A stretch of DNA of 64,000 bases from Octopus sinensis (taxonomy: Eukaryota). Made by a program: the position numbers and the translations under genes. Shown one piece after another: positions 35,501 through 47,584 of this stretch. The stretch covers positions 27,404,001 to 27,468,000 of the forward strand of contig NC_043012.1 of NCBI RefSeq assembly GCF_006345805.1, in the 5' to 3' direction. Position 1 is the stretch's first letter; every line of letters starts with the position of its first letter. Below the pieces are notes generated by a model. That model saw only the letters and a list, made by a program, of their open reading frames with translations, searched no databases and was not told the origin of the DNA.

Positions 35501-37381
35501 TTATGTTGTGGGGTACATTCTTCACCTGGGAAGGTTTTGGCATTTATAAGCAGCCATCTCTCCCTTTGCCTTGTAAGGATGTAGTCAATTTGGCTGGTAT
35601 GTTGGCCCGATTGGTAAGTGACTAGGTGGCTGGTAGGTTTCCTGAAGTTAGTGTTGCAAATCATAAGATTATTTGCATCGCAGAACTCCAGCAGCCTGGT
35701 TCCCTCCTCGTTGCGGGAGCCATAGCCATAGCCTCCATGTACGCCATGGAAGCCCCCAGCATGTCGTCCAACGTGACCATTGAAGTCACCAGCCACAAAG
35801 ATAAGGTCTCTGTCGTTCGTCAATGAGGTAGTCTGCAGTAGAGTGTCATAGAATCGGTCTTTCTGTCCATCGGGTAGCCCCGACTGAGGAGCATAGGCTG
35901 ATATAATGGTTGCTAAACTATGATGAAGCACTAATCTAATCTTAAGTATTCTGTCACTTACTCTGATTACCTCAATTACTTTATCTACCCATTTCTCAGC
36001 GATAAGTATACCCACGCCACCAACCCGTCAGTGTTCCCTGCCCAGAAAATCTTGTACCTGCGTTCCTTGCCTGTGAGGAACCTAGCTGATCCTCCTCTCC
36101 ACCTTATTTCTTGCATGCAACATATATCCACACATCTCCGTTCAAGCATCTCGACTATCTCACCAGACCTACCTTTCAGAGTGCCAACGTTGAGGGTGCC
36201 AACCCTGAGGGTGTGGAAGGCATGGGCTCTAGAGACCCTGGGACGGTGGACAGTAGCTTCGTGTACCTGAAAAGAAAGCTCGCATTTGGCAGAATTCATG
36301 TGCAAGAAATGAAGTAGTAAAGTAGCCTTCAGTACAACCTGCATAACGCTAGCCTTTCATATTTTGCACTGTATGAACATTACCTTACATAGGTCGAGAC
36401 TAGGGGTAGGGAGGGGTATGGATGGTGAGAGCATTTGCAGTCTTCATGGGAAGCAACCCCGGAATGGAAGAGAATAGGAACTTCCGGCATGCGTGGTGGG
36501 GGTGGGAGGGCGGGTGCACCGTAGCTGAGTAAAGAGGTTCTGTTAATCGTGAGCTAGCAAATGGGTTTGTATGAATCGGGAGACAATACTAATTGAAAAA
36601 TTGAAAAATCAGAGTGGCTATGAACCTGGAGACAAGTCTAAACGAAAAAAAATGTTTGAGCTAGACAGGGTAATGAGGGAATACTGAAAGAATGAGTGAC
36701 AATACAATGAGATGGAAATTGAAGAATAGAGAAAGAATAAGGATAAGTGCAAGAAAGAAGGTAGTCGTAGCGAGGTTGGACGATTCACTTAACTTTTAGC
36801 CATTCATGATCTGTGTGTATTCTTTAGATATTTTGAAGCGAGTAGGGTTAACGATAAATGCGATGGCTCTTTTATGTATGGCGATGATGGTTTTGGGGAG
36901 GGGGGGGCATAGAGGACCATGGCGATGATGGTTATGGGAAGGGGGGACATAGCGAGAGAGAGATACGGTTAGTTAGAGAGAGAGGTCAAGGGACACGTGA
37001 CAATAAGCGGTGTGAGGGAATTTGACTGGGGACGGCATTGTCGATAAATAAACATTAGATAAATAGGTTTGAAAATCAGAAAAATCAGAGGGAATATCAT
37101 TATTGATAGCTAATATAACACCGTAGCTGAGTAAAGAGGTTCTGTTAATCGTGAGCTAGCAAATGGGTTTGTATGAATCGGGAGACAATACTAATTGAAA
37201 AATTGAAAAATCAGAGTGGCTATGAACCTGGAGACAAGTCTAAACGAAAAAAAAATGTTTGAGCTAGACAGGGTAATGAGGGAATACTGAAAGAATGAGT
37301 GACAATACAATGAGATGGAAATTGAAGAATAGAGAAAGAATAAGGATAAGTGCAAGAAAGAAGGTAGTCGTAGCGAGGTTG
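32559..37381 (-). mobile_element. Near-intact full-length RTE LINE (about 4.8 kb): 5'UTR, APE, RT, 3'UTR, (GAT)n tail
   Basis: The APE part gives LRVGTLNVGTL, SAYAPQSG, AGDFNGHVG and SQIDYIL. The RT part gives GVHQGSVLSPLLF, LLYADD and FRYLG. Only three lesions were seen: 1-bp deletions at about 36025 and about 35500, and a GAG>TAG stop at 34934-36. Confidence 0.95.
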
Positions 37382-38720
<1,339 letters not shown>

Positions 38721-39727
38721 TATCATCAACATCGTTTAACGTCCGTTCTCCATGCTACCATGGGTTGGACGGTTCGACCGGGGATCTGGGAAGCCAGAAG
38801 GCTGCACCAGGCTCCAGTCTTATCCGGCAATGTTTCTACAGCTGGATGCCCTTCCTAACACCAACCACTCCGTGAGTGTACTGGGTGCTTTTTACGTGCC
38901 ACCTGCACAGGTGCCAGGCGAGGCTGGCAACGGTCGGATTGGTGTTTTATATGTGCCACGGCACAGAAGCAAGTCCAGGCAGCGCTGGCATCGGCCACGA
39001 GTCGGATAGTGCTTTTTACGTACCACCAGACCAGGGATCCTGGCTGGTTCAATTTGATTTCGATTGCTCCAACATGTCTTCGCAAGCAAAGGGGGTTGGA
39101 ATGGGTGCCTGTCATCGGATGAGGTTCTATATCGACTTCGCTTGCCTCAACAGGTCTTTGTGTCCAAGGGAGGAAAGGCATGCATAAGTGGGCTGGGACG
39201 AGGTGGTGAAACACGACCTTCGAACTTTAGGCCTCACTGAGGAAATGACCAGCAACCGAGACCTTTGGAAATGTGCTGTACGTGAGAAGACCAGGCAGGA
39301 CAAGTGAGCCCAGCCCACTTATGCATGCCTTTCCCCCCTTGGACACAAAGACCTGTTGAGGCAAGCGAAGTCGATATAGAACCTCGACAGGCACCCATGC
39401 CAACCCCCTTTGCTTGTGAAGACATGTTGGGGCAAGTGAAATCGAAATCAAATTGAACCAGCCTGGACCCCTGGACTGGTGCTACGTAAAAAGCAGTATC
39501 CGACTCATGGCCGATGCCAGCGCCGCCTCGACTGGCACCTGTACAGGTGGCACGTAAAAGGCACCCACTACACTCATGGAGTGGTTGGCGTTAGGAAGGG
39601 CATCCAGCTGTAGAAACATTGCCAGAAAAGACTGGAGCCTGGGGTAGCCTTCTGGCTTCCCAGATCCCCGGTCGAACCGTCCAACCCATGCTAGCATGGA
39701 GAACGGACGTTAAACGATGATGATGAT
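38721..39727. mobile_element. Head-to-head (tail-out) pair of RTE 3' ends
   Basis: A minus copy spans 38721-39198 and a plus copy 39199-39727, each with its own tail. The junction overlap is CTGGG. Confidence 0.88.
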
Positions 39728-39758
39728 GTGTATATATATATATGTGTATATATATATG

Positions 39759-39793
<35 letters not shown>

Positions 39794-39840
39794 GTATACA
39801 TATATGTGTATATATATATATATGTGTATATATATGTATA

Positions 39841-40078
39841 GTCCTTCATCCTTTCACCCCTACTCCCCTTCCCTTCTTCCCTCTTTCTCCCTCCCTCCTT
39901 CCCTCTTTCCTCTGCTCCCTCACTCCCCTTCTCTCTCCCCCTCCTCTCCTCTTCCCCCTCCCCCTCTTCTCCTCACTACACCACACGACTTTACACATCA
40001 CATCATATATGATGTGCCATACTAATACATACACCAACTAATACATACTAATACGTACTAATAAATACTAATACATAG
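39841..40078 (+). repeat. Inverted partial copy of the Penelope 3' region (about 40735-41020)
   Basis: The pyrimidine tract plus cactacaccacacgactttacacatcacatc...ctaatac is reverse-complementary to 40735-41020. Confidence 0.8.
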
Positions 40079-40144
40079 GAAATATAAATATGTATATATA
40101 TATATGTATATGTATATTGATATATATATATATATATACATATA

Positions 40145-42709
40145 TATAACGGGAAGCTTTATGAAAATAAACAAAAGACGAAGGCAGGTGGAAAACAAAC
40201 GAACAATTGTATTAGTATGGCGCTCAGGAAATATAAATAAAACAAGTCTTTAACGTTTCGAGCCTACGCTCTTCAACAGAAAGATACACAGAGAGAGAAA
40301 AACACAGAAAGAAGGAGAGAAAAAAAATGCGTGCAGTAGCTAACGAATCAACATGGCGATCTGATTTCGGCCAGAGGTCAAAGATCAAACATGAGACGCG
40401 AGAGCGAAATAAGGGGAGATAATAGGGTTGATAAAAGGGTTGAGGGACCAGCTAATAGTGCGTAGGAGGGGTCTGGATGTGTGTATGTATAGGGTTGGTG
40501 TATGTATTAGTATGTATAAGGGTGTGTGTGTATGAGAGAGTATTAGTGCATAGGATTGGTCTGGACGTGCGTATGTATGGGGTTGGTGTATGTATTAGTA
40601 TGTATTAGTACGTATTGGTATGTATAAGTGTGTGTGTGTGTGTGTGTATGAGAGAGTATAAGTGCGTATGCGGGGTCTGGACGTGTGTATGTATAGGGTT
40701 GGTGTATGTATTAGTATGTACTAGTATGTATTAGTACGTATTAGTATGTATTAGTTGGTGTGTGTATTAGTATGGCACATCATATGTGATGTGATGTGTA
40801 AAGTCATGTGGTGTAGTGAGGAGAAGAGGGGGAGGGGGAGAAGAGGGGGGAGAGAAGGGGAGGGGAAGAGGAGAGGATGGGGGAGGAGGGGGATGAAGGA
40901 GGAAAGAGGGAGAGGGGGAGAGAGAAGGGGAGAGAGGGAGTGAGGGAGCAGAGAGAAGGGGAAGAGGAAGGGAGAAAGAGGGAAGAAGGGAAGGGGAGTA
41001 GGGGTGAAAGGATGAAGGACTGAAGAAGTAGGGGTCGGGGGGAAAGGATATGTGAGGAGGGGGGAGAGGGGGGTTTGATGAGGAGGGGTGGAGAGTTGAG
41101 GCCAAATGGCCTATAAGAGCGAAGAGAGAAGATTAATTCCTGTTCATGGCGCAAACGGGAATCCGGATGGCCTCTGTGTAAGGACAAACCGAACACAGAT
41201 AGGTGTTGCAAGGAGTGACCGGTGGAGCGGAAATGGCGTGAGACCGGTGTGTCGTTCGCAAGGTGGATGTCACGAAGGTGTTCCACGAACCGGTCAGCCA
41301 AGCGGCGTCCCGTTTGTCCGATGTACAAGGAATTGCAGAGAGAGCAAGAGATGCAATAGATAATATTGCTGGAGGTGCAGGTGAAGGAGTGGATGATGGG
41401 ATAGGGTCGATGGTGGGTGCTAGTGAGGCGGGTGGTGTTGGAGAGGTAAGGGCAAGTGTGGCAACGTGGGCGGGAGCAGGGGAACGAGCCAGGTTGGGAG
41501 GTAGGGTCAGGGAAGGAGCTATGGACCAAAAGGTCTCGAAGGTTGTGGGCTCGTTTGAAAGAGGGGAGGGGTCGGTTAGGGAAGAGGTGTGAAGTGGACG
41601 GGTCGGACTGGAGATGACGGAAAGCTCGAAGAATGGTGCGTTGGAGACGTAGGGTCGTGGGGTGGTAAGTGAGGGGAAAAGGGAGGCGGGAGACTACAGG
41701 GCGGGTTCGGGGAGAGAGAGCAGATACACGGTCCACGGACCGTGCTCTGGCAAGGGCGGTGTGGATAGTGGTGAGGGGGTATCCACGTAGGGTGAAGTGG
41801 TGAGCCATACGTTGAGACTGAGTCTCAAAGTCATGGTCGTCACTACAGAGCCTACGTAGACGGAGGAATTGGGAATAGGGGATGGAAAGCTTGGTGTGTT
41901 CTGGGTGGGAGGAAGAGAAGTTGAGGTATGAGTGTGAGTCTGTGTGTTTGTAGTGAATGGAGGTGGTAAGAGTGGAGCGAAGAATGCTAACCGAAATGTC
42001 GAGGAAGGAGACAGAGGTGTTGGAGATAGTGGAAGTGAAGTGGAGGGCTGGATGGAAAGATTGGATGAAAGAGAGGAAGGAATCTAGATGTTCGCGGGAG
42101 AGTGAAGTGGCACCGATAATGTCGTCAATGTAACGACCATACAGTATAGAGGCTTTGGATGTCCATAGTAAAAAGGATTTTGGAGGAGCCGGGAGGAAAG
42201 GAGAAAGAGTTGAAAAGCCGGAGAGCATGGTTGGTATCGTGGATGTGGGAGGGAAGAGATGCCACTAGGGGGGCAAGGACACGGTCGAGGTATTTAGAGA
42301 TGAGCTCCGTGGGGCAGTTACAGGCGGAGACGATGGGGCGGCCAGGGTTGTTGGGTTTGTGGATTTTGGGGAGGAAGTAAATGGTGGGGGTACGTGGGGT
42401 TCGCACAATTAGGTTGGATGCGGTGCGGGGGAGACGGGAGGACGAGATGAGGTCTTGGACAGTAGAGGATACCGTCTGTTGGTAGCTACGTGTGGGGTTA
42501 GAGGGCAGAGGGGAATAGAAGGAGGTGTCATTGAGTTGGCGGAAAGCCTCGGCCCTATAGAGGTTCGCGCGCCACACCACTACAGCTCCACCCTTGTCAG
42601 CCGGTTTGATGATAATGTCAGCGCGCCGTTGGAGGGAACGAAGAGCCAAGAGCTCAGCCGGGGAGAAGTTGAGGCGGCGTTGGTGCCTGGAGAAGTTGAA
42701 CCGCTCCAT
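40145..42709 (-). mobile_element. Penelope-like element (RT plus GIY-YIG) with 3' pLTR, 5'-truncated, internal RT deletion
   Basis: Contains [45 protein letters not shown], the linker CSRPRCHTC, IYCISC...YIGQTGR and RPFGLN. Confidence 0.93.
40247..40284 (-). ncRNA. Minimal type-I hammerhead-like motif with variant core CUGUUGA
   Basis: The minus strand reads TCTTT CTGTTGA a GAGC gtag GCTC GAAAC GTT AAAGA. Confidence 0.55.
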
Positions 42710-42809
42710 ATATATATGTATATATATGTATATATATATATATATATTGGAAGGTTTGGAGATGATGTACAGGTATTATATATTAGAAAAAATCAGGTAT
42801 GTATATATG

Positions 42810-42905
<96 letters not shown>

Positions 42906-43217
42906 TATATACATATACATATATATATACATATACATATATATATACATATACATATATATATACATATACATATATATATACATATACATATATACAT
43001 ATATATATACATATATACATATATATATATACATATACACATATACATATGCATATATACATATACACATATACATATACATATATACATATATATACAT
43101 ATACATATATACATATATATATATACATATATATATACATATATATATATATACATATACATATGTATATATATATATATATACATATATATACATATGT
43201 ATATATATATATATATA
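42710..43217. repeat. (TA)n/(TACA)n array between the Penelope element and the Helitron
   Basis: Visible array, with a short unique island at about 42745-42800. Confidence 0.9.
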
Positions 43218-46200
43218 CTAGCAGAGATACCTGGTGTTGCCAGGTTACATTCAATCGAAGAATTAGACTTTTCTGTTATATATATATATGGATACACACA
43301 TACACACACACACATATGTATATTAATATAAATACATGAAAGTACATGAAATTTGTTAAAAAAAGGGGATCATGTATATACCTCCTGGCTGTTGAGATTA
43401 TAACACCTCATTGTAAACAATGTTCCTTGTTTTTCCTTGTGGAGCATATACAAAAAGGTTTCTTTTGGTTCCTACTCTTGAGCATCAACATACAGTTGCC
43501 CATGCGAGAAGCAGGGCTCTTCCAAGAGAAGACCAGCTACAGAGAGGGTTTGACCCTGAGATTTGTTAATGGACATGGCAAAGCTGACACGAAAGGGGAA
43601 TTGCAGTCTTCTGAATGTAAATGGAATTTCTGCTCCTGGTGGAGTAAGAGGAATTCTTGGAATAAAGACGTCATCACCTTTTCCACATCCAGAAAGAATG
43701 ATCGCCTCGATAACGTGTGACATCATTTTCTTTATCACCAGTCGTGTTCCATTGCAAAGTCTTGGTGGTTCCAGATTGCAGAGTAGCATTACAGGAGTTC
43801 CAACTTTAAGTGCTAATATGTGTGGAGGTAGTCCAGGAGGCTTCCTGAATTGAGAAATTCAGGAGGATAGTTCACAACTTCATTTATATCTGGAATTGTA
43901 TCAACAGACTTGTAAGTGTGTATAGTGCCAGGAAGAGAATGCATTAGCTGTTGATTAATTTTGTTAACAGCGACGTTTTTTGGAGCTAATATTGCTCTTT
44001 CACACAGCCAATTGTGATCTTGGTAGTTTTGTGTGAAGTTGGGAAAGACTTTGTTTTTGAGGTCATCTACAGAATTAACAACAGAGGAAAATGACCACAC
44101 TTCCATTTGTCCTGCAGCATCGACAGGCATCTTGCCTTCACTAAGTGTCAAGATATCCTGTGCAAACTTTGTGGACATTTTGTCGCTATGTAGCTGAGCT
44201 CTCATGTTAGTGGTGAGACAGAAGATTGTAACATGATGCCACAGGGTAGAGGACTTTAGGCATGCTTGGACTTCATCTGCTCTAGCACCTTTCGGAATGA
44301 CAGGAAGAGTTTGCCTGAAATCACCTAACAACAGAAGCGTTACGCCTCCCATTGGAGCCTGACAGTCTCGGATATCTTTCAGGGCTCTATCTAATGCTTC
44401 CAAAGCTCCCTTGTGAGCCATAGTGCACTCATCCCAGACAATTAGATGACACATTTTAAGTACTTGTCCCTGATTTGAGTTTTTGTTGATGTTGCATGAA
44501 GGCATTTCGGATGCTGCTAAATTGAGAGGGAGTTTAAAAGTTGAGTGTGCTGTCCTGCCATCGGGTAACAAAGTAACTGCAATGCCAGAGGAGGCTACAG
44601 CTACTGCAATGTCCTGATGCTGCTTAACTTCTGCAAGGAGAAGCTTTGTAATAAATGTTTTTCCTGTCCCTCCAGGAGCATCGAGGAAGAAGATTCGTCC
44701 CTCGCGTTGGCGTACACTGTTAAGAATAGTTCTGTAGGCCTGCAGCTGGTCCGGAAGTAATTTAGGCTCATTTTCAACAATGTACTTTGAAAGCGCTTGA
44801 GTGTCGTAGGTTGTTTCACGAATGACAGCTGTGGGAAGGCTATTTGACACTGACCTGAATGCTTGTGGCAGGCCATACATCGACAATTCATTTCCACCCA
44901 GTTTAGCAATTCTGTCTTCAATGTCAATGAGTGTTTTGTTATAGATTTCATTGCTGATACCCTCCATGTCAGGATAGAGCAGTTGAGCTTGGCGCTGAAA
45001 GTCTTCAGTCAGGTTGTCTCTATATTTGAGCCATAGAGTGGCCGGATCACACAGTTCGCATGCCTGCAGTAATACTGCAAATAGTGCCCTGAGACTTTTA
45101 GGTTATTGTGATAAAGCAACCTCTCCTAAAGTTGCATCCCATTGTGCACAATCTTCTAACAGACCTTGTCGATAGCAGGCTTCTCTGTATGTTGTGCAGA
45201 CATGTCCATGAATGGTTTTTAGGGCCTGGAAAGACGTTGGCCCTCTGAACTCATGCAATAGTAGACGAAGGTAGAAGCACTCTTGTTGAGTGGGATGCAC
45301 TCTGTATACTCGCCCAAGGCAAGTGTGAAACTTAATGCCAGGGTATCCATGAACATTTTGACCTGCTTTCCATGGGGCCCAATTTTTTCCATTCCAAGTG
45401 TAGTACAATGGAATCTGTGGATACAGCAAGGTTTGAGCGAATGGATCCACTTAACAAAGCTTGAAGAATGCAGTGAGTGTGCTATCTCTTGGTTCCTCTG
45501 CCAACAGAGAATCATTAGCATCGGTAAAGTACACTCTTTGACCATTTTCCAGGTGTACTGCAAGTTGTTGAATGGCGGGGTGTCATTGGTGAATTGGAAA
45601 GCCAAAGATGCGCCAGAAAGCCTCGTTACTACTTATGTACTGTCCCACCTGATAATGCGCCACCTCGCCCTGGCAGTATTCTTGTTGAAGTCCAAACATT
45701 GCAGCGTCAGAACCCTTGTTTACATATTTGCAAATGTACTTGATGGAGTTAATGGAGTTGCAAAACTCAACGTTGATGTGGGCATTCAAAGTCTTTGACA
45801 GGAGTGGGCAGTATGGAATAATCCATCTATTATCAATATTGTGCTGTCCGATAGTTGCTGTGAAACCTCCGTCTGTATATATGTACAAAATCCACTGAGA
45901 AGGTTTTTGTTGGTCTGAGGCTAAAGCAGAAGACACATGCCAAGTCACCACACAGTGGGACTGAACCCAGGACCATGTGTTTGGAACGTAGTTTGTTACC
46001 ACACAGCCACACCTGCCCCTATGTATGTGTGTGTACGTATGTGTGTATGGGTAGATATATTATGCATGTATATATGTGTACATATTACATGTACATCTAT
46101 ATATATATATCTACACATAAAATACAAAGTTATATCTTGATATCGCTAGTGATAACAATACTCAAAATATATGACAGACTGGAATTGTAGGCCTGTCTCT

Positions 46201-47048
46201 CGCAATTTCGATCAATTGGATCTTGACCACCCTCTTGTATAGAAGTGTACGGCTGCAGCGAAATTCATTTCTGGACTTTCTTCTATCGAAGGCATTTTAA
46301 CAAAAATGCTTCCGTAAAGACAGTGAAAATATTGTCAAATTCCACAAAAAGGGACACAATTCAATTTTTAAACAATAACCAAAAACAATAACGAAAGGGG
46401 GAGGGTTACAGTTTACAATTAATTAACAAATGCAACACAACGACGTTTCCCTGACGAGGAACCAACAAACGTGATTACAATAGTTAAACAGTAATAATAA
46501 TAACAACAAACCTTTTTAATTTATCCCCATTTATGTGAAACCACTTATTCAAGTTCAAGTCATTGATGCAATTTTTTACAAATTGCTAATACACACACAC
46601 ACACACACATAATAAGGGTGAAAAATTGAATATCAATTTGATTAATATGAATTGAAAACCAGTGGTGTAACATATAAGACCATAGCGGATCTTCTTCTAG
46701 CAAAATGGATGGCCATTGTTAATGGTTCATCCCTGTTATATAATACTTTCACTTTAATAGTTTCAGTATTAAAGTGAAAGTGTCTGCAATACAAAAGAGA
46801 GAAATGTTTTTGTTTCACTTTTAACATGTAATACTGAAATAGTGGAGAAGATATGATATTGCTGTGGGGTCGCCCTAGGGAAAAAGTTAAGATTTGTTTT
46901 GCCAATGACACTCCCAGGACCTTAAGTAAGGCATGTGTAAAATTTGAATGAAATTGGTTGCGTAGTTCTCAAGTTTTAGGGAAAGACACAGACAGACAGA
47001 CAGACACACACACACACACATGCATTCTCAGTTTTATATATAGAGAGA
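43218..47048 (-). mobile_element. Helitron with both termini, internally deleted Rep/Helicase
   Basis: The 5' end is A|TCtctctatatataaaa (47048). The 3' end has a hairpin acctgg-N5-ccaggt 11 nt before CTAG|T (43218). Rep motif: INVEFCNSINSIKYICKYVNKG. PIF1 helicase motifs: DAPGGTGKT, IVWDE, GDFRQTLPV and [19 protein letters not shown]. Confidence 0.93.
45895..46022 (-). mobile_element. tRNA-derived SINE head inserted in the Helitron Rep region
   Basis: The reverse complement reads ggcaggtgtggctgtgtggtaa...ggtcctgggttcagtcccactgtg, with A-box- and B-box-like motifs. Confidence 0.7.
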
Positions 47049-47341
47049 TTAAAGTATATTTATTAATTAATTATTTTATTATTCTAGTTTATTTTTAACC
47101 TGATGAGTGACTATATTTATATCGAAGTGATTTCTCTACCACTATAACTATTTCTTAAATATAGCTATGAAACACCTGTCATTATTCTACAATTTATATA
47201 AGTTATTATTATTTTTTGGGGGGAATTTACTTAATCTTTGACAGTTGATTGTTATTTTAATGTTAATATTTCTATTATATGTAATTTTCTGGATGGTGTA
47301 ATTTAATTGTTCATTTTGAATTGATAAAAGGTGTTTTTTTT

Positions 47342-47380
<39 letters not shown>

Positions 47381-47385
<5 letters not shown>

Positions 47386-47584
47386 GAAAAAAGATGTTCA
47401 GAATGCTGGATGGTTGTAAAAATATATATTTATTTATATATCACATCTTATTACTTCATATTAGCGCATTCAACTACTACTACAGGAGTAGTTGAAAGCA
47501 CTAATATGAAGTAATAATATGTGATATATAAATAAATATATATTTTTACAACCAGCCAGCATTCTGAACATCTTTCTTCTTTCA
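47381..47584. mobile_element. Fold-back element, 98-bp arms, 8-nt spacer
   Basis: tgaaagaaaaaagatgttcagaatgctgg...ttcaactact pairs with agtagttgaa...ccagcattctgaacatctttcttctttca. Confidence 0.9.

Noticed and set aside
40804-41100. Pro/Ser/Leu-rich C-terminal extension of the Penelope ORF as a novel domain
   Set aside because: It is read-through into a polypyrimidine low-complexity tract after RPFGLN. A homologous tract at 39841-39970 shows length slippage, as expected for non-coding sequence.
45895-46022. tRNA-like A/B boxes here and at 55080-55170, 19440-19540 and 2500-2580
   Set aside because: There is no full cloverleaf. The sequences continue into SINE bodies and are CpG-decayed, so they are SINE heads and not tRNA genes.
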